Of a stretch of 64,000 nucleotides of DNA, positions 26,808-38,567 are shown piece after piece. The stretch is from Eutreptiella sp. 'Long Island Sound 2002'. Taxonomy: Eukaryota; Protista; Euglenida. Under the pieces are notes generated by a model that saw only the letters and a list, made by a program, of their open reading frames with translations, had not been told where the DNA came from and searched no databases. Positions within the stretch are counted from its first letter, which is position 1; each line of letters opens with the position of its first letter. Location of the stretch: contig OZ038379.1 of the NCBI GenBank assembly GCA_964036045.1, positions 10,850,001 to 10,914,000 on the forward strand, given 5' to 3'. The translations under genes and the position numbers were made by a program.

Positions 26808-28622
26808 CTATAGTGTACATTGCAGGGAGCTCCAAACGCACAAGGGGGGGAGAGAAGGGATGTATCGAGAGTCTGTCTGTCTGCATCTTTTGGAACCAGC
26901 AGGGTTGCCGCCCTCGGATCATCCCCTTGTACACACAATGATGCGACAAATAATTATTCAACAATCCCGTTAACTTCCATGTTGCTTCATGTTGTCATGG
27001 ATGTTGTCATCTCTTAAGGAGGAAAAAGTGTTGCTTGGGACAGGAGTCAACTTTATAGTGCCGCGCTAGTCAGTAGCAGCGGTCAGCTTGTCACTGATAC
27101 CAGTCATGAAGGCCGTTAGCAGACAAATTACAGCAATTGGTGGTCAAAAGAGGTCAGCTGGTGCCTCCTCAATAAACTTTGGCACTGTACTGCCCACGCT
27201 TGGCCACTACTTTGCACGTTTGATGAATTCACAATGCAACATTGTGCCTGCCTTAGATTCATTTCGTAGTAGGCACTGGTCAGTCTGGAATCACGGGCCG
27301 GGGGGTTTGCAGCACTTTTTTTCAGGGGAGGGGGGGGCACAGCATTACCCCAGGCGGTGCTCATTCTCCGGTGACTAACCCTAACCCAGGCAACGGGATA
27401 CACGGTATCGACGACTTAAATGGCTTGTTTGTGAACCCGGGCAGCGCGTGAGTGGGTGCAGAGAGACGATTGCAATGTGGCACCGACGGTCATACCTGAT
27501 TCACATCTATTGTTGGGGCTCACTTTAGTCGTGATCTACCACTGAATGCAGCATACCCTGTAGTAGGTGACACTGGGCAATGCTTGTAGTACACATATCG
27601 AGCTACCCTACCGATGTGTCTTCCCTAGCAAACACCAATGGGGTCGCCACAAGTTGCAAATCCTTCTCTCTCATTTGAAACAACCCGGTGCCATTGGACA
27701 CCTTTTTCGTGACATCCACGCGAATGCACACACAATGTCCTACGAGGGATACATACATTCGTACCCCAGCATCCTAGCACCATGCGCAAGCGTGCCAGAG
27801 AGGAAATCAGTATCCATGATTTCCAATACTCATCATTCATTCATTTACTTTATTCATTTATTTATTATTTATTCATTTATTCATGACCCGGGTGGCAACA
27901 TGGGGTCCGCAGAGCAACGGCGGTTTATGACAATTTCTGACGGGGTTACGACGGTTTCATGTCCTACGACAATACAAACTACAAAAAAAATTCTCTACCT
28001 CTAATCATGCCCGCACGCCGCCCAATTGATGGCCAACGGTGTCCTTCGACAGTGGTGCCAACGGTGCCACAGAATGTCTCATAGCTCATTGTGATATGTG
28101 AAATGTTGTGATCCTTATTATTGCGTGGTTGAGGTACTTCTTCGTCGTGGTGGATGATACCGGATGTCCTCAATAACATGGCTACCTATATGGGCTCATG
28201 TGACAAACAAAACCTAGGATTAACGTCCTTTGCCATCTGGGAAAGCGTTAAAGCAGCAGCACGGCATTCTCTATCCCTTCACAAGCGATCCAAATACATA
28301 CTGTTACGATATGTACCTTTTTGGTATTGCACGGGTGCGCAAACAACCCGAAAGGACGGCCGACAAAAATGAAACACTGTTTGTTGGTGGTGTCTTCCAT
28401 CTTCTTCCGAAGGGTGCCAACCTGGCGAAAGATATCCGAGGGATCGCACAGCCCTGACCACGGGGGGGCGACTACAACCGGTCCTGATGCGACATACCCC
28501 CCAGCTATCTGTCAAAACTCCGGGGGGGGGGGCAGAGTTGGGGGGGGGGGGGTCCAGCCGGGGGTCGGGGGGGGGTCTAGCCGGGGGTCGGGGGGGCGTC
28601 GGATGGGGTGGGGGGGGGGGGG

Positions 28623-28707
28623 TTAGGGTTAGGGTCACCGAGCTGGTGGAACCAGTCTTGGTTTTATAACCCTTTTTAGTGTCTAGGGTGGACCTACCAG
28701 GTTTAGC

Positions 28708-28750
<43 letters not shown>

Positions 28751-31700
28751 GCACGCGCGAAATGGGTAAAAATCAGAACTCCGTCGTGGTGCTTCCGATT
28801 CGGGTGAAATTTTGGTGGATGATACCTATGGGTGTGAAGTACAATCACACAAAGTTTGAGCAAGAAACTCAACGGTGGCGGCCGGGAACGGGATTCGCAA
28901 GTGGCGGACCTCAGTTTCAAAAACTGCAGTTTAGGGCCAAAAACAGATATTTTTGGGCCAAAAAAGCCCTGGAACACATTCAAAACGGCCAAACGAAGGG
29001 AAACGGTGGGTACACTCCACGTGCGGCTTGACTTCCCCGTGTCAACAAGCTCTTTGCGGCCCTCGAACACCATGATATGTCCCGGAAACGGCCCAAAAAG
29101 GCCCCCAGAAGCTCCAAATGCCGACAGCCACAAACCAAGAATAGGCCATATCTTTGGCTATATGGCTCAAAATGCGATTCCGAGGGCACCTTCTCCACCC
29201 ACAACCCCCCACTTGCTATGGTTTCCACCCCTCAGAACTGCCCAAACGGACGCCTAGACCCCAATACCTAGGCCCAGTAGGCTGCAAGCTGCAAGCTCAA
29301 GCCCAACAAGGTGGGAGCCCAAATGGGTTAAGAGGATCCAGTAGGGGCAAAAAATGACTTTTTTCAAAAATGATCCTAGACCATGTGCGACGCTAAAACA
29401 AGTGTTTTTGGACTATTTTGAGCTTGTGGTGGCCCATTTTGGTCCTCCGAAAATCCCAAAATGCCTTGAAAAAAGGCTGTTTTGGGACCAAAAATGGGTC
29501 AAAAATGGGTCAAAAACGCATTTTTCCAAACCTCATCAGAGACCATTTGGGGTGCACAAACGGGTGAAATGAGCCCATTTTGAACCCATTTTGGGGCATT
29601 TTGGCCCCTTAGAAGTCCAAAAAGCCTTGAAAGTGGGCCTCGTGGTGATGGGGTTCACTTGCAAGCTAATTTCATTTTGTCAAGAGCCATCAATGTGTGA
29701 ATCATTCTTGATGTCCCTCACCAGTCATAGCTGATGTTCCCTCCCCCACCAGCTCGGTCCCAATATTCAGTCTTGATTAGGGTTAGGGTTAGGGTCACCG
29801 AGCTGGTGAAACCAGTCTTGGTTTTATAACCCTTTTTAGTGTCTAGGGTGGACCTACCACGTTTAGCAGCAGCAGCAAGCAGCAAGCAGCAGCAGCAAGC
29901 AGCAAGCAGCAGCACGCGCGAAATGGGTAAAAATCAGAACTCCGTCGTGGTGCTTCAGATTCGGGTGAAATTTTGGTGGATGATACCTATGGGTCTGAAG
30001 TACAATCACACAAAGTTTGAGAAAGAAACTCAACGGTGGCGGCCGGGAACGGGATTCGCAAGTGGCGGACCTCATTTTCAGAAACTGCAGTTTAGGGCCA
30101 AAAACAGCCATTTTTGGGCCAAAAATACCCTGGAACACATTCAAAACGGCCAAACGAAGGGAAACAGTGGGTACACTCCACGTGCCGCTTGACTTCCCTG
30201 TGTCAACGAGCTCTTTGCCGCCCTCTAACTCCATTATATGCCGCGGATGCGGCCCAAAAAGGCCCCCACAAGCTTCAACTGCCGACAGCCACAAACCAAG
30301 AATAGGCCATATGTTTGGCTACATGGCTCAAAATGCGATTCCGAGGGCACCTACTCCACCCACAACCCCCCACTTTTTGTGGTTTCCACCCCTCAGAATT
30401 GCCCAAACGGACGCCTAGACCCCAATAACTAGGCCCACTAGGCTGCGGCAAGCTGCAAGCTCAAGCCCAAACAGGTGGGTACCCAAATGGTTCAACAGGG
30501 TCCGAAAGGGGTAAAAATATGACTTTCCGCAAAAATGATCCTAGACCATGTGCGACGCTAAAACAAGTGTTTTTGGACTGTTTTGAGCTTGTGGTGGCCC
30601 ATTTGGGTCCTCCAAAAATCCCAAAATGCCTTGAAAATGGGCTGTTTTGGGACAAAAATGGGTCAAAAATGGGTCACAAACACATTTTTCCAAAACTCAT
30701 CGTAGACCATTTGGGGTGCACAAAAGGGTGAAATGAGCCCATTTTGAGCCCATTTTGGGGCATTTTGGCCCCTGAGAAGTCCAAAAAGCCTTGAAAGTGG
30801 GCCTCGTGGTGATGGGGTTCAGGTGCATTTCACTTTGTCAAGAGCCATCAATGTGTGAATCATTCTTGATGTCCCTCACCATTCATATCTAATGTTCCCT
30901 CCCCCACCAGCTCGGTCCCAATATTCAGTCTTGATTAGCCCCAGGGTTAGGGTTAGGGTTAGGGTCACCGAGCTGGTGGAACCAGTCTTGGTTTTATAAC
31001 CCTTTTTAGTGTCTAGGGTGGACCTACCAGGTTTAGCAGCAGCAGCAGCAAGCAGCAGCAAGCAGCAAGCAGCAGCACGCGCGAAATGGGTAAAAATCAG
31101 AACTCCGTCGTGGGGGTTCAGATTCGGGTGAAATTTTGGTGGATGATACCTATGGGTGTGAAGTACAATCACACAAAGTTTGAGCAAGAAACTCAACGGT
31201 GGCGGCCGGGAACGGGATTTGCAAGTGGCGGACCTCGCTTTCAAAAACTGCACTTTAGGGCCAAAAACAGCCATTTTTGGGCTTAAAAAGCCCTAGAACA
31301 CATTCAAAACGGCCAAACGAAGGGAAACGGTGGCTACTCTGCACGTGCGGCTTGACTTCCCTGTGTCAACGAGCTCTTTGCCGCCCTCTAACTCCATGAT
31401 ATGTCCCGGAAACGGCCCAAAAAGGCCCCCAGAAGCTTCAAATGCCCACAGCCACAAACCAAGAATAGGCCATATCTTTGGCTACATGGCTCAAAATGCG
31501 ATTCCGAGGGCACCTACTCCACCCGCAACCCCCCACTTTTTGTGGTTTCCACCCCTTAGAATTGCCCAAACGGACGCCTACACCCTCGTACTTAGGCCCA
31601 CTAGGCTGCGGCAAGCTGCAAGCTCAAGCCCAAACGGGTGGGTGCCCAAATGGGTCATTAGGGTCCAGTAGGGGCAAAAAGATGACTTTTCTCAAAAATG

Positions 31701-34700
31701 ATCCTAGACCATGTGCGACGCTAAAACAAGTGTTTTTGGACCGTTTTGAGCTTGTGGTGGCCCATTTTGGTACTCCGAAAATCCCAAAATGCCTTGGAAA
31801 TGGGCTGTTTTGGGACCAAAAATGGGTCAAGAATGGGTCAAAAACGCGTTTTTCCAAAAATCATCCTAGACCATTTGGGGTGCACAAACGGGTGAAATGA
31901 GCCCATTTTGAGCCCATTTTGGGGCATTTTGGCCCCTCAGAAGTCCAACAAAAGCCTTGAAAGTGGGCCTCGTGGTGATGGGGTTGACTTGCAAGCTGAT
32001 TTCACTTTGTGAAGAGCCATCAATGTGTGAATCATTCTTGATGTCCTTCACCGGTCATAGCTAATGTTCCCTCCCCCACCAGCTCGGTCCCAATATTCAG
32101 TCTTGATTAGGGTTAGGGTTAGGGTCACCGAGCTGGTGGAACCAGTCTTGGTTTTATAACCCTTTTTAGTGTCTAGGGTGGACCTACCAGGTTTAGCAGC
32201 AGCAGCAGCAGCAGCAAGCAGCAGCAAGCAGCAGCAAGCAGCAAGCAAGCAGCAGCACGCGCGAAATGGGGAAAAATCGGGACTCCGTCGTGGTGCTTCG
32301 GATTTGGCTGAAATTTTGGTGGATGATACCTATGGGTGTGAGGGACAACCCTACAAAGTATGAGCCAGAAACTCAACGGTGGCGGCCGGGAACAGCTGTC
32401 GCAAGTGGCGGACCTCAGTTTCAAAAACTGCAGTTTAGGGCCAAAACAGCCATTTTTTGGCCCAAAAACCCATTCAAAACGGCCAAACAAAGGGAAACGG
32501 TGGGTACACTGCACGTGCGCCTTGACTTTCCTGTGTCAACGAGCCCTTTGCGGCCCTCTAACTCCACCATATGTCCCGGAAACGGCCCAAAAAGGCCCCC
32601 AGAAGCCCCAAATTTTGTGCAGATTGGCTGGCGACAGCCACAAACCAAGAACAAGCCATATCTTTGGCTATATGGTCCAAAACGCGATTCCGAGGGCACC
32701 TACTCCACCCGCAACCCCCCTCTTTTTGCGGTTTCCACCCCTCAGAATTGCCCAAATGAACGCCTAGACCCCCATACATAGCCCCAGCAGGCTGCGGCAA
32801 GCTGCAAGCTCAAGCCCAAACAGGTGGGTGCCCAAATGGGTCAACAGGGTCCAGTAGGGGCAAAAAATGACTTTTTTCAAAAATGATCCTAGACCATGTG
32901 CGACGCTAAAACAAGTGTTTTTGGACTGTTTTGAGCTTGTGGTGGCCCATTTGGGTCCTCCAAAAATCCCAAAATCCCCTGAAAATGGGCTGTTTTGGGA
33001 CCAAAAATGGGTCAAAAATGTGTCAAAAACACATTTTTCCAAACCTCATCCTAGACCATTTGGGGTGCACCAACGGGTGAAATGAGGCCATTTTGAGCCC
33101 ATTTTGGGGGAATTTGGCCCCTCAGAAGTCCAAAAAAGCCTTGAAAGTGGGCCTTGTGGTGATGGGGATCACTTGCAAGCTGATTCCACTCTATCAACGG
33201 CCTTCAATGTGTGACTCATTGGTGTCCCTCACCATTCATATCTAATGTTCCTTCCCCAACCAGCTCGGTCCCAATATTCAGTCTCGATTAGGGTCACCGA
33301 GCTGGTGGAACCAGTCTTGGTTTTATAACCCTTTTTAGTGTCTAGGGTGGACCTACCAGGTTTAGCAAGCAAGCAGCAAGCAGCAAGCAGCACGCGCGAA
33401 ATGGGCCAAAATCAGAACTCCGTCGTGGTGCTTTGGATTCGAGTGAAATTTTGGTGGATGATACCTATGGGTGTGAAGTACAATCACACAAAGTTTGAGC
33501 AAGAAACTTGACAGTGGTGGCCGGGAACGGGATTCGCAAGTGGCGGACCTCAGTTTCAAAAGCTGCAGTTTAGGGCCAAAACAGCCATTTTTCGGCCAAC
33601 AAAGCCCTAGAACACATTCAAAACGGCCAAACGAAGGGAAACGGTGGCTACACTCCATGTGCGGCTTGACTTCCCCGTGTCAACGAGCTCTTTGCCGCCC
33701 TCTAACTCCATGATATGTCCAGGAAACGGCCCAAAAAGGCCCCCAGAAGCTCCAAATGCCGACAGCCACAAACCAAGAATAGGCCATATCTTTGGCTACA
33801 TGGCTCAAAATGCGATTCCGAGGGCACCTATTCCACCCGCAACCCCCCACTTTTTGTGGTTTCCACCCCTCAGAATTGCCCAAAGGGACGCCTAGACCCC
33901 AATGCCTAGGCCCACTAGGCTGCGGCAAGCTGCAAGTTGAAGCCCAAACAGGTGGGTGCCCAAATGGGTCAACAGGGTCCAGTAGGGGCAAAAAGATGAC
34001 TTTTCTCAAAAATGATCCTAGACCATGTGCGACGCTAAAACAAGTGTTTTTGGACCGTTTTGCGCTTGTGGTGGCCCATTTTGGTACTCCGAAAATCCCA
34101 AAATGCCTTGAAACTGGGCTGTTTTGGGACCAAAAATGGGTCAAAAATGGGTCAAAAACGCATTTTTCCACACCTCATCCTAGACCATTTGGGGTGCACC
34201 AACGGGTGAAATAGGCCCATTTTGAGCCCATTTTGGGGGCATTTTGGCCCCTCAGAAGTCCAAAAAGCCTTGAACGTGGGCCTCGTGGCACCCCGTAATG
34301 CGTGAAACAAGGAACATGCAACACTTGACAGGCACACAATAGCCGGATAGAGACATCAATTTTTTGGTACAGGTATGTGGCAGGAAGTACAATGCATTGT
34401 ACATATGCACCGATTTGCTCATAACAAGAGAAAGAGGAACGGGATCGCGGTGAAGCGAAAGCCGAGCGCAGACGTCAACACCAAGCTTGGGGAGCACATT
34501 CATTCCGAGTAGAGTACGGGGTTAGGTTGCTCGCTTCAAGGTTAGGATGAACGTGGTCCGAAACACCACAACATATGCAGTAAGCTAAGGGCGACGTGGG
34601 GGGCGGGAAAAAAAATTCACGCGAATTTTTTTCCAACTCACGTGGCACAAAGTAATGGGATATGGCGGAATGGCACAAAGCGAAATTCAAAATACGGTCA

Positions 34701-35901
34701 AAAAGGTGTTGGGGTTAGGGGGGGGGGGTCACCGAGCTGGTGGAACCAGTCTTGGTTTTATAACCCTTTTTAGTGTCTAGGGTGGACCTACCAGGTTTAG
34801 CAAGCAAGCAGCAAGCAAGCAGCAAGCAGCACGCGCGAAATGGGCCAAAATCAGAACTCCGTCGTGGTGCTTTGGATTCGGGTGAAATTTTGGTGGATGA
34901 TACCTATAGGTGTGAAGTACAATCACACAAAGTTTGAGCAAGAAACTCAACGGTGGCGGCCGGGAACGGGATTCGCAAGTGGCGGAACAAAGTTTCAAAA
35001 ACTGCAGTTTAGGGCCAAAAACAGCCATTTTTGGGCTTAAAAAGCCCTGGAACACATTCAAAACGGCCAAACGAAGGGAAACGGTGAGTACACTCCACGT
35101 GCGGCTTGACTTCCCCATGTCAACGAGCTCTTTGCCGCCCTCTAACTCCATTATATGTCGTGGAAACGGCCCAAAAAGGCCCCCAGAAGCTCCAAATGCC
35201 GACAGCCACAAACCAAGAATAGGCCATATCTTTGGCTACATGGCTCAAAATGCGATTCCGAGGGCACCTACTCCACCCGCAACCCCCCACTTTTTGTGGT
35301 TTCCACCCCTCAAAATTGCCCAAATGGACGTCTAGACCCCCATACCTAGGCCCACTAGGTTGCAGCAAGCTGCGAGCTCAAGCCCAAACAGGTGGGTGCC
35401 CAAATGGGTCAACAGGGTCCAGTAGGGGCAAAAAGATGACTTTTCTCAAAAATGATCCTACACCATGTGCGACGCTAAAACAAGTGTTTTTGGACCGTTT
35501 TGAGCTTGTGGTGGCCCATTTTGGTACTCCGAAAATCCCAAAATGCCTTGGAAATGGGCTGTTTTGGGACCAAAAATGGGTAAAAGAATGGGTCAAAAAC
35601 GCATTTTTCCAAACCTCATCCTAGACCATTTGGGGTGCACAAACGGGTGAAATGTGCCCATTTTGAGCCCATTTTGGGGTATTTTGGCCCCTCAGAAGTC
35701 CAAAAAGCCTTGAAAGTGGGCCTCGTGGTGATGGGGTTCACTTGCAAGCCGATCCCACTTTGTCAAGAGCCATCAATGTGTGAATCATTCTTGATGTCCC
35801 TCACCAGTCATAGCTGATGTTCCCTCCCCCACCAGCTCGGTCCCAATATTCAGTCTTGATTAGGGTTAGGGTTAGGGTTAGGGCTAGGGTTGCCGTTAGG
35901 G
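28623..35901. mobile_element. head-to-tail array of six copies of a 1.15-kb non-coding element separated by (TTAGGG)1-4
   Basis: Units start TCACCGAGCTGG at 28635, 29795, 30965, 32125, 33294 (truncated at about 34288) and 34729. Complete units end ...TCTTGA (TCTCGA in unit 4) followed by TTAGGG repeats. Each has a 13-bp sub-terminal inverted repeat ACCGAGCTGGTGG and an internal (AGC/AGCA)n microsatellite. Confidence 0.9.
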
Positions 35902-36756
35902 CCTGCAGCCCAAATATGAATTCTCTACAAAATTTTGAGCATTTTGAGTAGAAACACATAGTATGAAAAAAAGGTGCCGGACAGTTTTCTCTAGGGACAC
36001 TTGCTGGTGGCCGACCCGGCACCACTATCTTTCAAAACCCGGGGGGGGGGGGGGGGGCTGGGGGGTGTCGCATACAAGGACCGGGCCCGGCTGCCCCCCC
36101 GTGGCCCTGACTATCTTTATGCAAAACTCATCAGGAGACAAACAGAGGAGGCCGCGGGTGTTGATTCCAAATAGCATCAAAAGAAAATCGCGGATTTCTG
36201 TGTTTGCACTTTTCCGAATTGAACAAAAGTGCCAAGAAGGGGTGCCTCCCCTTTATGTTTAATTTGCTGACGGAGTTAGAATTTGAAGGCGAACCAGGGG
36301 TTTGCATCAGATACCAATACGGGAAGGCTGAGACATAATGAGGCAGAGGACAGCAGCCCCTCCATCGTCGCTGCTACGGTGACAAAGAACCACAAGGGGT
36401 TATGAACTCCAGGTACACCGATTGCCCTATATTCCCGAGTGAAAACGGCAGGAACATAGACCGTAATCCTAACCCTTTTCGGTCCTCTTGGAGGGCCTAC
36501 GCCGACCACAGCACCAATGCGGCCTTGCGGGCGGCCGCAGAAGTGGGCCCTAGGGCTTTTAGGAGGGGGGGGGGGTTGGGGGGTTGGCCTCCACCACGTC
36601 CCCCTCCCCCCCCTCCAACACTGCATCCCCCCCCTCGTCTACCACCACCTCCCCACTTTCCTCCGCCTTGACCCGCCCCCCCACTGGCCTAGCTGTCACC
36701 CTGGCTCTCCCTCTCTCTTCTCTTCTCTCGCTTCTTCTCCTTCTTCCTCTTCTTTC

Positions 36757-38509
36757 GTCCCGGAGGAGGTCCCGCATGGCAACCACCGCTTGCCACTCAT
36801 CGTCCTCCGGGGCGTAGGCCAGTAGCGGCCCCAGTTCCTCGCATGTGAGGAACAACGCCCGTGCCTCCTCTCCGTCAAGCGAAGCCGAGGCCCCCAACCT
36901 GACGCTGGTGCGAGCCCAGTAGAGCACGCGTTGCACCCCCACGGCGTTGTCCTTGGGAAGGTCCCCTAGGCAGGCCTCAATGAAGGCCACTTGGAGGCGG
37001 CCCATGGCCATGCAACAATGGAGGATGCATAGGAAGACCAAGCACCGCTCCACCACAACGTGCGGGTCTCCTACGCACCCCCCATCCTCCAAGCTGAGGC
37101 CTGTCTCATGATAGCGGCGACGGGCCACTGACTCCCCCTCCAATGTGCGGCGGACCCCCGCCTTCACCCACGCCGCCGCAACCTTGTCCCACACACGCAT
37201 ATTGTAAATTGAGTCCACCATGGGCACTACAGAGACGCCAATGAGGCGTCTCACGAAGGGTTGGTCACCCCCGACGACCAACTCAGCGGGCACCCACTTG
37301 GTGCCCCAGTAGAACTTCTTGCAATCGTGGACCGACTGCAACACCTACGAACGAAAGGGAATCAATTTTTGAATTATTTTTTGGAGGTTAATATTAGATT
37401 AATTTTTCAGTCGACGTTAATTTTTGCGAAATATTAAGTATTCACCTCGAGAAATTACCGCAAAAATGAAAGCGAAACAAAACGACCGTATACCTGCAGG
37501 TTCTTGGACCGTATTGTCGCTAGCACGGCCATGTCCTTATCCCCGCATTCGGCCATACCAATCACCCATACGTAGGCGGGTGTTCGGCCCTGTGCGCCGT
37601 GGTTGAGGAGCCCAACGGAAATATGGGTCCAACTTCCACCGGCGCACGGGTAAGCATCCCCACAGAGGAGGAAATTGAGGTGCCGCTTTCAATCGATGGT
37701 GTCCACAAGGGGTGGAGGCAATTGGATGTAGGCGGCCCACGATTGCAACGGCCAAGAGCGGCCGCTTGTGGGGGGATCCGCCACAGACACGGGTCGATCT
37801 AGCGCAAGCGGCTTGACCAACTCCTTCCATGTGTCCATGAAGGGGTCACGTGAAAGGATGGGGCGGGGGAATGGGAGGCCCATTGCGGCGGTGTATGCGG
37901 CCCCCCGGCGGGTCATGAACTCCGACACATGCCGGAAGCCGCCCTTGGGGACATTCAAGTCCATAAGTAACCCGATCCATTCGGGTGCGGGGAAGAGGAC
38001 GGAGGCATATTGCTTCACGGCCTCTATTAGCTTGTTGCGGATGAGCGGAAGTTGGGCAACCTCGGTGGCCTCGTACCACCGGGCCTTGGCCAAAGGGGAT
38101 GAGGCCACCCACTCACCAAGGAGTTGGGAGACCAAAGGGTCCCGCAAACTCTTGGCCCCACTCAAACGCGTGAGCGTCATACTAAGCTCGAGAAGGGTGT
38201 CCCGAGAGAAAGGCATAACAAGTGCTACACAAGGGAAAAAGGAGGTTGGGAGTGGGGTGAGTGGGGGGACCGGAGAGGGATGTGTGGGGCTACATAACTA
38301 CCTATAGGACTATGCAACCCCTGTAGCAACCCATTGGGCACCCTTTGACCACCCAAACACTTCAAGTAGGCATGGTACGCGCACAAGCAAAGCGGTGCAA
38401 ATGACCCAAAATTGGGTTAACGTGTTGATATTTGCCCGTTTAATTTTTACCGCCTTTCACATATCAAAAATTAAAATTAACTATATTGGTTTAACGCAGG
38501 TTTCTAGGG
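36757..38509 (-). mobile_element. intron-containing DDE-type transposase pseudogene (RAG1/Transib/Chapaev-like motif order) with a CCCTAGAAACC terminus
   Basis: Exon 38216-37494 (241 codons, one in-frame TGA at 37691-37689), GT-AG intron 37493-37345, exon 37344 to about 36757. Motifs LCGDAYP, WVIGMAECGD, VGGDQPFVRRLIG, ILHCCMAMG, LDGEEARAL. The terminus at 38509 is shared with a copy at 17954. Confidence 0.6.
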
Positions 38510-38528
38510 CATGAATGGACATGGTGTA

Positions 38529-38567
<39 letters not shown>

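Noticed and set aside
28762-35624. Recurrent ORFs in the array (MGKNQNSVVV..., MTFFKND...)
   Set aside because: Frames and stops differ between copies and no domain motifs are present; these are shadows of a non-coding repeat.
28635-35859. 1.15-kb array as spliced-leader RNA or 5S rRNA repeat (contains TTTTTAGTGTCTA, reminiscent of the euglenid SL)
   Set aside because: Only about 8 nt match. There is no T-rich SL end followed by GT, and no recognisable 5S or Sm-site sequence.
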